64,000 nucleotides of DNA from Patescibacteria group bacterium (lineage in GTDB: Bacteria > Patescibacteriota > Minisyncoccia > UBA6257 > 2-01-FULL-56-20): the NCBI GenBank assembly GCA_028865305.1, contig JAGWKM010000003.1, positions 4,820-68,819 on the forward strand, given 5' to 3'. The notes under the pieces were generated by a model. It saw only the letters and a program-made list of their open reading frames with translations. It did not search any database and was not told where the DNA came from. Every line of letters begins with the position of its first letter. Position 1 is the first letter of the stretch. This document shows positions 17,523 through 25,948 of the stretch, piece after piece. The translations under genes and the position numbers were made by a program.

Positions 17523-18025
17523 GACTTAAATATTGGAATCTTTAATTCTTTCGCTTCTTTCTTTAAAAATTCTTGGATAATCCTGGTGTTTTGGAATTGC
17601 ATTTTATGAAAGGCATCTTTTTTGCGGTGAATAAAAAATTGGCGTTTGTGCTCTTGTATTGGCGGTGCAAGAAAAATTAGTTTGCTGGTTTTAATAAACC
17701 TTTTAGGATCAAGAAAGGCTGCTTCAAGTACAAATCCCTTTTTATGTTTCTTTATCTGCTTGGCAATGGTCGGATCGAGCGCCTTCCGCACATTTAAGAG
17801 CCCCGTGATGATATTTTTTTTCGTTCGTCTGCCAATTGCCTGATACGCTTCCGTGGTCGCCAAAAAATAAAAAGGGTGCTTCGGCAATATCTTGCCTTTT
17901 TGAGCGATGCTTCTGAAAGCATCCGCTTCAATGTGCGGTAATCTCAATTGCTTGGCGAGCTTGCGTGCCAACGCCGTTTTACCTGATCCGGGAACGCCAT
18001 AAACGATAATTCTCCTTTCTCTCAT
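17519..18025 (-). CDS. P-loop NTPase/kinase-like protein
   Basis: Walker A in IIVYGVPGSGKTALARKLA. 4-nt overlap with the downstream GrpB gene. AT-rich. Confidence 0.65.
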   Translation of the reverse strand: MRERRIIVYGVPGSGKTALARKLAKQLRLPHIEADAFRSIAQKGKILPKHPFYFLATTEAYQAIGRRTKKNIITGLLNVRKALDPTIAKQIKKHKKGFVLEAAFLDPKRFIKTSKLIFLAPPIQEHKRQFFIHRKKDAFHKMQFQNTRIIQEFLKKEAKELKIPIFKS

Positions 18026-18122
18026 TTCCGTTATTTTACCAAAGTTTTCTTCTAAATCTGAATTCGCAATAGCTTGTGAACTCGGATTTGGAGCGGGCGA
18101 CTTTCGTCGCCCGCCATTACTG

Positions 18123-18272
18123 TTAGAGTGTGAGTTCCATCGGAATTCCTTTGATTACTACGGTGCCCCTGCCCCTGCAGTCGCAGCATTGTCCTGGCTG
18201 GATGGGAACGCCGTCAACCACATACAGAATGCCAGTGCCGTTGCACCTGAAGCAGGTTACCCGTCGCGACAT
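18123..18272 (-). CDS. 49-aa DnaJ-type zinc-finger mini-protein
   Basis: Two CxxCxGxG motifs (CFRCNGTG, CCDCRGRG). GAGG lies 7 nt upstream of the ATG. A hairpin (18093-18114) follows on the minus strand. Confidence 0.5.
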   Translation of the reverse strand: MSRRVTCFRCNGTGILYVVDGVPIQPGQCCDCRGRGTVVIKGIPMELTL

Positions 18273-18337
18273 TGGAAAACCTCGGATCAGCTGGATGGGC
18301 TTCGGTCTTCTTTTTCCTCTCATCGAGTTTGCCCTTC

Positions 18338-18655
18338 CTAGAACGAAACTTGGGCGAAGCCCTTGCGGGTATGAGCTGAATAGTTGATCTCGATCGGCAC
18401 CTGCTCGAGGAGCACCTGATGCGGGCGAGGCTGTACGATTTTGCAAACCCCTCTGATGGAATACGCGCCACCTTCTTCGGCGCGGTAACGACCGATATTC
18501 GTTACGGCAACGAGAAGATGAGCCTCTTTCCCATTCCATTGGGTGGTAAAGCGCGGTCGTGGCGCTTCGCCGGGATAGTCCTCGTCGTGAAACAGGGATT
18601 CGGCTAGCAACCATCGGTCGGGGCCTTTTGTAATCTCTAAACGTTCGATCTGCAT
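18338..18655 (-). CDS. Hypothetical protein (105 aa)
   Basis: The second in-frame ATG is preceded by AGGAG at 5 nt. Transcribed from the minus-strand member of the divergent promoter pair. Confidence 0.5.
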   Translation of the reverse strand: MQIERLEITKGPDRWLLAESLFHDEDYPGEAPRPRFTTQWNGKEAHLLVAVTNIGRYRAEEGGAYSIRGVCKIVQPRPHQVLLEQVPIEINYSAHTRKGFAQVSF

Positions 18656-18761
18656 ATACTCTCCTAAAGTTTCCATTTGAGGCTGGAAACCATGGCCTTT
18701 TACCTATCCTCTTCGGTAGGCAACCCGCCTATACGGGCGGGAATTTCAAGGTTCTAGGCCT

Positions 18762-18805
18762 ATTTTACCATGCCCTTGACAAATGTCAAGCTACTATGCT
18801 AGAAT
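18762..18805. promoter_or_regulatory. Back-to-back divergent promoters sharing the palindrome TTGACAAATGTCAA
   Basis: Plus strand: TTGACA (18776-18781)-N18-TGcTAGAAT. Minus strand: TTGACA (complement of 18784-18789)-N16-TGgTAAAAT. Both have an extended -10. Confidence 0.6.
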
Positions 18806-18868
18806 ATGGACAGCTAAATCCTGAACCCGTATGGGCAGGTTCCCGCAAGGGATTTCAAAAGAAAGGAG

Positions 18869-19060
18869 ATGCGGGCAAGTGTATTCGCCGACACCAAAGG
18901 CGGAACCGAGTTCGGCCTCTGCAAGCTCGAAAATCGGCGGATGCTGACTGAAAATCAGATGCGCAAGGTAGCCGCCGATCACAAGTTCCGGTTCCTCGAG
19001 AGCGGCATCTTGTCCGTTCGCGACGGCCGAAGCGAAAGTTACATGATCGGCTGCTGCTGA
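18869..19060 (+). CDS. Hypothetical small protein (63 aa)
   Basis: Third codon positions are strongly C/G-biased like real genes here. Lies downstream of the plus-strand divergent promoter. SD spacing is poor (AAGGAG abuts the ATG). Confidence 0.35.
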   Translation: MRASVFADTKGGTEFGLCKLENRRMLTENQMRKVAADHKFRFLESGILSVRDGRSESYMIGCC

Positions 19061-19338
19061 TCGCGGGAGCGACCACTCGCTCCCTATGTATATATTCCTG
19101 ATCACGATCGAACTAGCCGCCGCAGTCGCATTCGGATATGTCTTTGGCTTGGCCATATGCATATGGCTGGACCACAGGCAATCCAAACGAAACCAGTAAG
19201 CGCAACAAGGGTTGAGGCCCCGACAAAAGACCTCCCGCAACTTCGGTTGCGGCTTCCACCAGAGGAGATAATCGAATCTTTTGCGGTGGGAGCTTGCACA
19301 GTCCCAAAATTCAACAGCACCTTAAAGGAGAAGAAATC

Positions 19339-19791
19339 ATGACGACGACCAGTTTGATCACCGGAACCGTGGCGGGCTTCGCGCTCGTCATTGACCCCGC
19401 CAACGAAAAGGGCAAGCGCGAGCGGATTGAATGTCCGGACTTCGCCTCGATAAAAGCTCGTGTTTTGCAGCTCCATCGGGAGAATGTCGCGGCCTACAAC
19501 GCCGATCCGCGGAACTACGACCCCATCGAGACGCATTACTTCACCCTCTACCGTCGCGACGACAACGGCGCGACCGAGGAGGATCAGGCCTTCGACCTGT
19601 CCGGCAATACTAACGTCGGCGATGCCGCGCACAAGAAGTTCTGCAAGTGCGGCAAGTCGAGCTGGTGGAAAAACCGCGAGGGATGGTCGCAGAGCCCGTC
19701 GTACACCTGCGAGGACTGCAACAAGCCGGAAGACGACGGCTACGGCGGCGACTTCAGCGACTACGATGGCGGCCAGGAGCGGGAATACTAA
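19339..19791 (+). CDS. Hypothetical acidic protein with CxC...CxxC cluster (150 aa)
   Basis: AAGGAG 8 nt upstream of ATG 19339, very high GC3, and a terminator-like hairpin with T-tract near 19829-19860. Confidence 0.6.
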   Translation: MTTTSLITGTVAGFALVIDPANEKGKRERIECPDFASIKARVLQLHRENVAAYNADPRNYDPIETHYFTLYRRDDNGATEEDQAFDLSGNTNVGDAAHKKFCKCGKSSWWKNREGWSQSPSYTCEDCNKPEDDGYGGDFSDYDGGQEREY

Positions 19792-20019
19792 CGCCGCTCC
19801 AAGCCGAGCTTGACCGGATTTGTCAGGCAACCGACCAGAAATGGCCGGTTTATTTTTTATTACATTCATCCGGAAATTGAGTATCAGGACCGGCGGGATT
19901 GCCGAATAATCCGGCTCTTTTTGCACATGCGGCTTTCTCCTTCTGGGGCGGGGTATGTTATTATTTTATGAACGGAGGAGCTGGGTTTTTTCGTAATGAA
20001 TTGGGCATTTATACGCAGC

Positions 20020-20135
20020 AGAATGGAGAATGCATAACCCTCTCCATTCTCCATTCTCCATTCTCCATTCTCCATTCTCCATTCTCCATTCTCCATTCTC
20101 CATTCTCCATTCTCCATTCTCCATTCTCCATTCTC
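20020..20135. repeat. Tandem array (CTCCATT)x13 with a short complementary GAATGGAGAATG arm upstream
   Basis: 13 exact units counted from 20042 to 20132. Ends 19 nt before the rpiB ATG. Confidence 0.95.
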
Positions 20136-20153
20136 TTTTTCTACTTCTCCACA

Positions 20154-20609
20154 ATGACCATTTTTCTCGGCGCGGACCATCGCGGCTTCCGCCTTAAAGA
20201 ACAATTGAAGGCAACCTTGAAGACCGACGGCTATAAGATCGAGGATCTCGGCGCGAACGAATACAACGGCAACGATGATTATCCGGACTATGCGCGCGCC
20301 GTCGCGCAGAAGGTGGGCGAGGCGCCGGAGGAGAACCGTGGGATTTTGATCTGCGGATCCGGCTCGGGCGTTGATATTGTGGCGAACAAGTTCAAGGGTG
20401 TGCGCTCGGTGCTCGCGATGTCTCCGGACCACGCGTACATGGCGCGGCACGATGATGACGTAAACGTGCTTGCGATCGCGTCGGATTTCACCGACGAGCC
20501 GGCGGCGCGGAGCATGATGCGGTCATTCCTCACGACGCCGTTTGCGAAGCTTGAAGACAGGTATACGAGGAGATTGAGGAAAATCGAGGAGATCGAGTCG
20601 GGAAAATAG
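20154..20609 (+). CDS. rpiB: Ribose-5-phosphate isomerase B (RpiB/LacAB family)
   Basis: MTIFLGADHRGFRLKEQL, ILICGSGSGVDIVANKFKGVRS and RHDDDVNVLAI motifs. Start set by homology at ATG 20154. Confidence 0.88.
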   Translation: MTIFLGADHRGFRLKEQLKATLKTDGYKIEDLGANEYNGNDDYPDYARAVAQKVGEAPEENRGILICGSGSGVDIVANKFKGVRSVLAMSPDHAYMARHDDDVNVLAIASDFTDEPAARSMMRSFLTTPFAKLEDRYTRRLRKIEEIESGK

Positions 20610-20631
20610 CAATGGCGGCCGGCCGGGAAAA

Positions 20632-21093
20632 TTATTTCCTTCTCGAAAAGTGGAAAAAGGCGTCGAGCCCCAGATACTGGCCGGCTTTGGCAAAGATGAT
20701 GATGAGGAGGCAGAGGATCAGGATTACGCCGTCGTTGATGAACTGCGCAAGCGTGAGGTTCGCGTAATGCACGACCGGCAAATAGCCGATGACGGTGAGC
20801 GCGATGCCGGCGGCCGAGGCGAGCGTGGTCAAAAAACCGACGGCGAGGCAGATGCCGGCGAGGAGGAACGCCCAGGACGAGAATGGGTGGAGCCAGGCCG
20901 TCGCGGCGGCATTCGAGGTATCCATGAACCGATAGAGCTGGCCGAAGGACTGTTTTTCAAGCTCCGGCACCAGGGATCCGTTCCAAAGGGTGCTCCAGCC
21001 GAGATAAAAGAAATCCAGGCCGAGCGCGACGCGGAGGAGGAAAACAAGGAACCGGAGGTGGTGCGGGAGTTTGGTGCCTTGCGGGAGGTTCAT
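20632..21093 (-). CDS. DoxX-like integral membrane protein
   Basis: Four predicted TM segments. FLLRVALGLDFFYLGWS resembles the DoxX N-terminal motif. Confidence 0.55.
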   Translation of the reverse strand: MNLPQGTKLPHHLRFLVFLLRVALGLDFFYLGWSTLWNGSLVPELEKQSFGQLYRFMDTSNAAATAWLHPFSSWAFLLAGICLAVGFLTTLASAAGIALTVIGYLPVVHYANLTLAQFINDGVILILCLLIIIFAKAGQYLGLDAFFHFSRRK

Positions 21094-21123
21094 TGTATAA
21101 TCAGTTTATCATATCCGATAGAT

Positions 21124-21240
21124 GACGGAGAACGGAGCATAGAGAATGGGGTATAGCATAGGTTGCCCATTCTCCATTCTTCGATCTCCATTCTCCGTTA
21201 TTCATTCTCCATTCTCCATTCTCCATTGCCCATTCTGCCT
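21124..21240. repeat. Heptad-periodic hairpin element in the divergent intergenic region
   Basis: gacggagaacggagcatagagaatgggg...ttgcccattctccattcttcgatctccattctccgttattcattctccattctccattctccattgcccattctgcc. Confidence 0.85.
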
Positions 21241-21244
21241 CCCC

Positions 21245-21760
21245 ATGGAAGATTATAAAAAACACTCGCTCGGACATCGGGCTTTCACCCGCTTCTTTTT
21301 CAAGAAGATCAGGCCGTTTATAGTCGTGCTTATTATCACGCTTGCGGCTTGGTACGCCGAACGCTGGGTGCCGTTCGTTTACGTCCCTTATGCCGACTAC
21401 GCCGTCATGCTGTTATGGGTAGTCACCCTGCTCGCCTTGCTCCTTACCTTTTTATACGCCTATCTGGAATACCGGTATTATACTTACACTTTCACCGATG
21501 AAGCATTCATCATCACCTACGGCTATATGGTGCGGAACGAGGTCGCGGCGGTGTACCACCAGATCCAGAACGTGAACCTTCGGCGGAGCGTGCTTGACCG
21601 GTTTATGGGCGTGAGCGAGGTCGTGATCCTGATGGCCGGCATCGACCGCGAGGACCGGAGGAACCAGATTTCACTGCCGGCAATCGGCAAGACGAAAGCG
21701 CGGATCGTCCAGAAAGAGCTGCTCCAGCGCGCGAGGAAACACTTCATGGTAAATTCCTGA
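21245..21760 (+). CDS. Membrane protein with bacterial PH domain (bPH_2/YdbS-like)
   Basis: Two N-terminal TM helices, then YTFTDEAFIITYGYMVRNEVAAVYHQIQNVNLRRSVLDRFMGVSEVVI, typical of bPH_2. Confidence 0.7.
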   Translation: MEDYKKHSLGHRAFTRFFFKKIRPFIVVLIITLAAWYAERWVPFVYVPYADYAVMLLWVVTLLALLLTFLYAYLEYRYYTYTFTDEAFIITYGYMVRNEVAAVYHQIQNVNLRRSVLDRFMGVSEVVILMAGIDREDRRNQISLPAIGKTKARIVQKELLQRARKHFMVNS

Positions 21761-21784
21761 TCTCTCATTTAAAAAGGAGAGATC

Positions 21785-22303
21785 ATGCCTCCTTGGCCAG
21801 CCATCATTCCCGTTTTCCTGCTTCAGGAGTTCGCTTCGGTTGCCGCGCTCCTCGCGTTCGCCTATGGTCACGGCGGGGATCTTTTGGCGCTCCATTTTGC
21901 CTGGGTCGCGGCGACCTTCGTTGACCTTTTCGCCGGATACCTGGTCGGGAAATGGCTTGGCGACCGGTTCCGGAATGCGCGCTTGAGACAATGGCTCCAG
22001 CGCTTCGCGGAAAAATGGCAGGGTCGGGTGGGCAAAAGCGGGCAGGCGCTGTCGCTCCTGTTTTTGGGGTTTCTTTTGTATCCGTATCTCGCCGCGTTCA
22101 TCGCGGCCTGGGCCGGCGTGTCGCTGAACGATGCGGTCTTTTACCTTTTGCTTGGCAATATCGCCTGGTACCTTTTCGCATGGGGCGCGGCCATCGGACT
22201 CACGGCTCTCGTGCCGAATTTCGAATGGCTGATCGTGGTCATCATCAGCCTTGCGATCGCATTGAGCGTGGTATTCGAGCGGATTCGCCGGAAGGTGTTT
22301 TAA
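21785..22303 (+). CDS. Polytopic membrane protein, family not recognised
   Basis: Hydrophobic 172-aa ORF with at least four TM segments. SD-like GGAGAG upstream. Confidence 0.6.
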   Translation: MPPWPAIIPVFLLQEFASVAALLAFAYGHGGDLLALHFAWVAATFVDLFAGYLVGKWLGDRFRNARLRQWLQRFAEKWQGRVGKSGQALSLLFLGFLLYPYLAAFIAAWAGVSLNDAVFYLLLGNIAWYLFAWGAAIGLTALVPNFEWLIVVIISLAIALSVVFERIRRKVF

Positions 22304-22304
22304 C

Positions 22305-22368
22305 GGGGAAAAAAGAAAAAAAGGAACAAAGGAAAAAGAGAACGGGATGTCTTCCTTTTTCTTCCTAT
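22305..22368. repeat. Purine-arm/pyrimidine-arm hairpin between convergent genes
   Basis: ggggaaaaaagaaaaaaaggaacaaaggaaaaagagaacggg atg tcttcctttttcttcc. Confidence 0.6.
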
Positions 22369-23954
22369 TTTACGTAGAACACGCTGCTGCTCGGCGTGCC
22401 TTTCGGAATTTCACCGGTCTCGTCAGGCAGAAGATAGGTGATATGGCGCGCCAGTTGCGTTGACGTAGTGAACGAATCGGTCACGAACATCACGGTTTCC
22501 GCCGGCACCGGAATGCCGCGCGCGATGACGCCGCCCGCTTCGACAACTACGTATTTCGGCTCACCCAGCGGCAAGGCGTTGATTTGGTTCCCGATCGCAA
22601 CGTAATCTGCGTTGAAAGCTCCCGGCACGTTTGAATTTTCGGCCCAGACGACGAAGTAATCATAGTAGGCATAAATCGCAACGGCCGCCAAAAAAACAGC
22701 CGCAATCACCGGAGGGAGCCATTGAAGACGATCTTTAAAAAAGACGGCCCTTAAGGATCGATACGCCCAAATGCCGCCGATGGCGGCAAAGATCACGGTT
22801 GGCGGCAGCATGAGAATCGACCGGAGCGCGTGCGGGATGCCTTCGTCCGACGCGGCGGCGGGAAGGAGCGCAAGGAGGAACCAGGAGAGGAGAAGCGAAG
22901 TGACAAATGACAAATGACTCATGACAAACGAACGCCTTGATTTCCAAAGCTGATAAATGCTCCAGATGATTCCGGTTATAAATAATATTCCCACGGGCCA
23001 CCAGAGTTCCGGCGCGCTCGCGATGTTCTGCCGCCAATTGTTGTCGCCGCGGACATTCAGCATAAGCAAAGTTTTCGCGACATTTGTCATGAAGTCGCCG
23101 ATCGGATTTTTCGCGTTGGTAACCGCAATTTGCGACGTCCTGCCGAAGAAATCACCGGGATGCTGGAGGAAGTAGACGCCGATCGGCAGGGCTATGATGA
23201 AAGCGGCGAAACAGAATAAAAGCATTTTTTTCCAAAAGCCCGGCGTTTTCCGGAAGAACGGGATGAAAAGCAAAAAGAGCAGGGGAGTGATGCGGTAGGC
23301 GATGTAGGTGTAAAAACCGAGGCCGTAGATGATGCCGGCGGAGATGATACAGAGCATGGAGAATGGAGAATGGAGAATGGAATATTCCCCGTTCAGTCCT
23401 CCGTCCTCCGTCCTCCGTCCTCGGAGCCCCTTCAGCAAAAAATACACTGCCCAAACGAGGCAAAGCGGCGCCAAAATTGCCCGGAATCCGATCCTCGAAA
23501 AAATGATATGCCAAAAACTGGTTGCGAGGAGAAAAGCGGAGAGGAGGGCAAGCACAGGACCCGGAAATTCGAACCCGGAGAATGGAATGCTGCCGGCTTC
23601 CGTTTCCGGGCTTCCGCTTTCCCTTTTTTTAAATAACTCCGCAACCAGGAAATACATTCCGAACACCGTGAGTATTCCCGCAATCGCCGCCGGCAGGCGG
23701 ACGACCCACGGCTCATGCCCGAACCATTTGATGAAAAAGACCAATATGTTCACGTAAAGCCCTTCCCGGCCGTTGTCCTCGACATAGAACGGCTGGAACG
23801 AAGCGGTGCCGTGGACGATTTCGAGCGCATTGTTGCCGTCCATCGCCTCGTCCGGATAAAGTCCCGGAGGTGTCGCCGTGATGTGATATAATCGAAGGAA
23901 GGCGGCAAATACAAGGATACCGACGAGCAGCAGAACTTTAATGCCGGTGCGCAT
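22365..23954 (-). CDS. Family-39 glycosyltransferase (ArnT/PMT-like)
   Basis: RLYHITATPPGLYPDEAMDGNNALEI N-terminal loop motif and more than 10 TM segments. Confidence 0.8.
   Translation of the reverse strand: MRTGIKVLLLVGILVFAAFLRLYHITATPPGLYPDEAMDGNNALEIVHGTASFQPFYVEDNGREGLYVNILVFFIKWFGHEPWVVRLPAAIAGILTVFGMYFLVAELFKKRESGSPETEAGSIPFSGFEFPGPVLALLSAFLLATSFWHIIFSRIGFRAILAPLCLVWAVYFLLKGLRGRRTEDGGLNGEYSILHSPFSMLCIISAGIIYGLGFYTYIAYRITPLLFLLFIPFFRKTPGFWKKMLLFCFAAFIIALPIGVYFLQHPGDFFGRTSQIAVTNAKNPIGDFMTNVAKTLLMLNVRGDNNWRQNIASAPELWWPVGILFITGIIWSIYQLWKSRRSFVMSHLSFVTSLLLSWFLLALLPAAASDEGIPHALRSILMLPPTVIFAAIGGIWAYRSLRAVFFKDRLQWLPPVIAAVFLAAVAIYAYYDYFVVWAENSNVPGAFNADYVAIGNQINALPLGEPKYVVVEAGGVIARGIPVPAETVMFVTDSFTTSTQLARHITYLLPDETGEIPKGTPSSSVFYVK
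22900..22930. repeat. CATTTGT-family heptads in frame inside the GT39 gene
   Basis: gtgacaaatgacaaatgactcatgacaaacg. The coding strand gives SFVMSHLSFVTS. Confidence 0.8.
23355..23423. repeat. Two adjacent heptad arrays (GAGAATG x3-4, then GTCCTCC x4) in frame inside the GT39 gene
   Basis: catggagaatggagaatggagaatggaatat ... gtcctccgtcctccgtcctccgtcctcg. The coding strand gives RRTEDGGLNGEYSILHSPFSM. Confidence 0.9.
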
Positions 23955-23980
23955 AGTACCAGTATAGCATCTATAAAATT

Positions 23981-24128
23981 ACTAATATCTAATTAATAAT
24001 TAATAACGAATGTCCAAGGTTAAATTTCCAACGGACATTCGGTCATTATCCATTCGTTATTAATTATTAATTAGAAATTTCCCCAACAATCCATTCGTTA
24101 TTAATTAGATATTATTAATTAGAAATTT
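23981..24128 (+). repeat. Family-A AT-rich palindromic element, copy A1 (full length)
   Basis: 22-bp perfect inverted repeat AATTAATAATTAATAACGAATG (23991-24012) / CATTCGTTATTAATTATTAATT (24051-24072) with a 38-nt loop. A third arm follows after AGAAATTTCCCCAACAATC. Confidence 0.9.
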
Positions 24129-24135
24129 ACCTCTC

Positions 24136-24552
24136 ATGGACCAGCCCCAATCTTTCGAACAGCGCCTCGAATCCGATATGCACCAGCTTGCGGAGCAGGT
24201 TGCGGCCCAGCGCGAACGGCCGGAAATGAAAGGCATGCGCGAGCAGGAGCTTTTAAAAGAGGCAATCCGTGCTTTTCCGGGCGTCCCGCGGCCGCCGCAG
24301 GAATTGAAAGCGCAAACATTGCCGCAATCGCCTTCGGCCGCCGCAATGAGCCCTTTGCCGGCCTACGCGCAATCCGCTTCGCCTGAAACAAAATTGGAGA
24401 TCGAGCACCTGATTGAGGTCGCGTTCAGCAAGGGAGTGGTCGAAGCATTCGCAGAGGCGGAAAAATCATCGTATTTCGTGGAGGACGCGCTTGTGGACGC
24501 CCTCGCCGGAAAGTTGTATCCGATTTTGCAAGCGAAAAAATTGATAAACTAA
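24136..24552 (+). CDS. Hypothetical protein (138 aa)
   Basis: ORF with coding-like composition directly upstream of pilC. No family recognised. Confidence 0.5.
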   Translation: MDQPQSFEQRLESDMHQLAEQVAAQRERPEMKGMREQELLKEAIRAFPGVPRPPQELKAQTLPQSPSAAAMSPLPAYAQSASPETKLEIEHLIEVAFSKGVVEAFAEAEKSSYFVEDALVDALAGKLYPILQAKKLIN

Positions 24553-24566
24553 TGTAATGGTCAGTC

Positions 24567-24600
24567 CATTTGTCATTTGTCATTTGTCATTTGTCATTTG
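24567..24600. repeat. Tandem (CATTTGT)x~5 immediately upstream of pilC
   Basis: catttgtcatttgtcatttgtcatttgtcatttg ends 7 nt before ATG 24608. Confidence 0.9.
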
Positions 24601-24607
24601 ATCACCC

Positions 24608-25684
24608 ATGGCTTCCCCCGGCTTTTTTTCAAAGATGTTCGACCGGATCTCCGTGCAGGAACGGATCAATTTCGCGCGGCATCTTTCGCTTGTCGTGAAA
24701 GCCGGACTCCCCGTTTTCCAGGGACTGAAGATCATCGAGGGGCAGACCGAATCGCCGGTCTTGAAGCGTGTCGTGCAAAGTTTGCTCGAAGACGTGCAAA
24801 ACGGGAAATTCCTTGCTGACGGCCTGCAGAAATTCGAGCACCTTTTCGGCGGTTTTTTCATCAACATTGTCCGCGTCGGCGAATCGAGCGGCACGCTTTC
24901 CAAAAACCTGCTCTACCTCGCCGACGAACTGAAGCGTTCCAAGGATCTCCAATCGAAGGTCCGTTCGGCGATGATTTATCCGATGGTCATTTTAGTCGCG
25001 ACGCTCGCGGTCGCCGGTTTCCTCACGTTTTATATTTTCCCCAAGCTTATTCCGGTCTTTTCCGGCATGAAGGTGCAGCTGCCGATCACGACCCAAATCC
25101 TTCTCAAATCCGTAAATTTCCTCCAGGCGGACGGATTGTATCTTTTGGCGGGAATCATCGTTTTTGCGATCTTCGTCCGCATCGTTTCGAAGCAGGTAAC
25201 TTTCGTGAAGTATTTCCTGAGCCAGGTCTTGTTTTTCATTCCGGTCGTTTCAAACCTCACGGTCAGCGTCAATATGGTGAACTTTACGCGCGTGCTCGGT
25301 TTGCTTTTGAAAAGCGGCGTGAAGATCGTCGAGGCGATCCAGATCACCGGATCCACTTTCAGCAATCTTGTCTATCAGCGGTTCCTGGTTGAGGCGGCGG
25401 AGGAGATTAAGAAAGGCGGCCAGCTCGGGCTTTTCATTGTCAAATACAAGCGTTATTTCCCGCCGCTCGTTTCCGGCATGGTGCAGATCGGCGAGAGCAC
25501 CGGCAATCTTGAGGAAAACCTGGAATACCTTTCCACATATTACGACGAGGAAGTGGATGCGAAGCTGCATGCCCTGACTTCGCTCATCGAGCCGATCATG
25601 CTGCTCTTCATGGGCGGCCTCGTGGGATTCGTGGCGTTGTCGATCATCACGCCCATATATTCAATTTCATCAGGAATCCAGTAA
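24608..25684 (+). CDS. pilC: Type II secretion / type IV pilus platform protein (GspF/PilC family)
   Basis: Duplicated T2SSF architecture: ERINFARHLSLVVKAGLPVFQGL ... and a second half with GESTGNLEENLEYLSTYYDEEVD. Three TM segments. Confidence 0.85.
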   Translation: MASPGFFSKMFDRISVQERINFARHLSLVVKAGLPVFQGLKIIEGQTESPVLKRVVQSLLEDVQNGKFLADGLQKFEHLFGGFFINIVRVGESSGTLSKNLLYLADELKRSKDLQSKVRSAMIYPMVILVATLAVAGFLTFYIFPKLIPVFSGMKVQLPITTQILLKSVNFLQADGLYLLAGIIVFAIFVRIVSKQVTFVKYFLSQVLFFIPVVSNLTVSVNMVNFTRVLGLLLKSGVKIVEAIQITGSTFSNLVYQRFLVEAAEEIKKGGQLGLFIVKYKRYFPPLVSGMVQIGESTGNLEENLEYLSTYYDEEVDAKLHALTSLIEPIMLLFMGGLVGFVALSIITPIYSISSGIQ

Positions 25685-25734
25685 TGAGTTGTCGTCCTGG
25701 GCCTGGCCCGGATCCAGGGCGTTGAAAAATGACT

Positions 25735-25885
25735 GATTAATAATATCTAATTAATAACGAATGGATTGTTGGGGAAATTTCTAATTAATAATTAATAATT
25801 AATAACGAACGCCTAATGCTCGAATGTCCATCAGACATTTCTCCTTGGATATTCGTTTTAATTATTAATTAGACATTATTAATTT
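25735..25885 (-). repeat. Family-A element, copy A2 (inverted relative to A1)
   Basis: ttaataatatctaattaataacgaatggattgttggggaaatttctaattaataattaataattaataacgaa...attcgttttaattattaattag. The head is the reverse complement of the A1 tail. Confidence 0.88.
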
Positions 25886-25948
25886 CAAACCTCGATCCCG
25901 GCCTGCCTGCCGGACAGGCATGCTCGGAGACCGGGATGACAGAATAAT

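Noticed and set aside
19102-19926. 274-aa minus-strand ORF
   Set aside because: It is antisense to the 19339-19791 gene, which has a good SD, very high GC3 and a terminator. The minus-strand translation is Ala/Arg/Val-rich shadow sequence.
19899-20153. N-terminal extension of RpiB through the CTCCATT array (TTG 19899 start in the ORF track)
   Set aside because: RpiB homologues begin at M-x-I-x-x-G-x-D-H, which corresponds to ATG 20154. The upstream part is open only because the array has no stops. It is kept as a possibility in the finding on the array.
23981-24128. Family-A repeats as a CRISPR array
   Set aside because: The repeats are inverted (palindromic arms) rather than direct. There are no unique spacers of regular length. 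Copies are dispersed singly between genes, and no cas genes are present.
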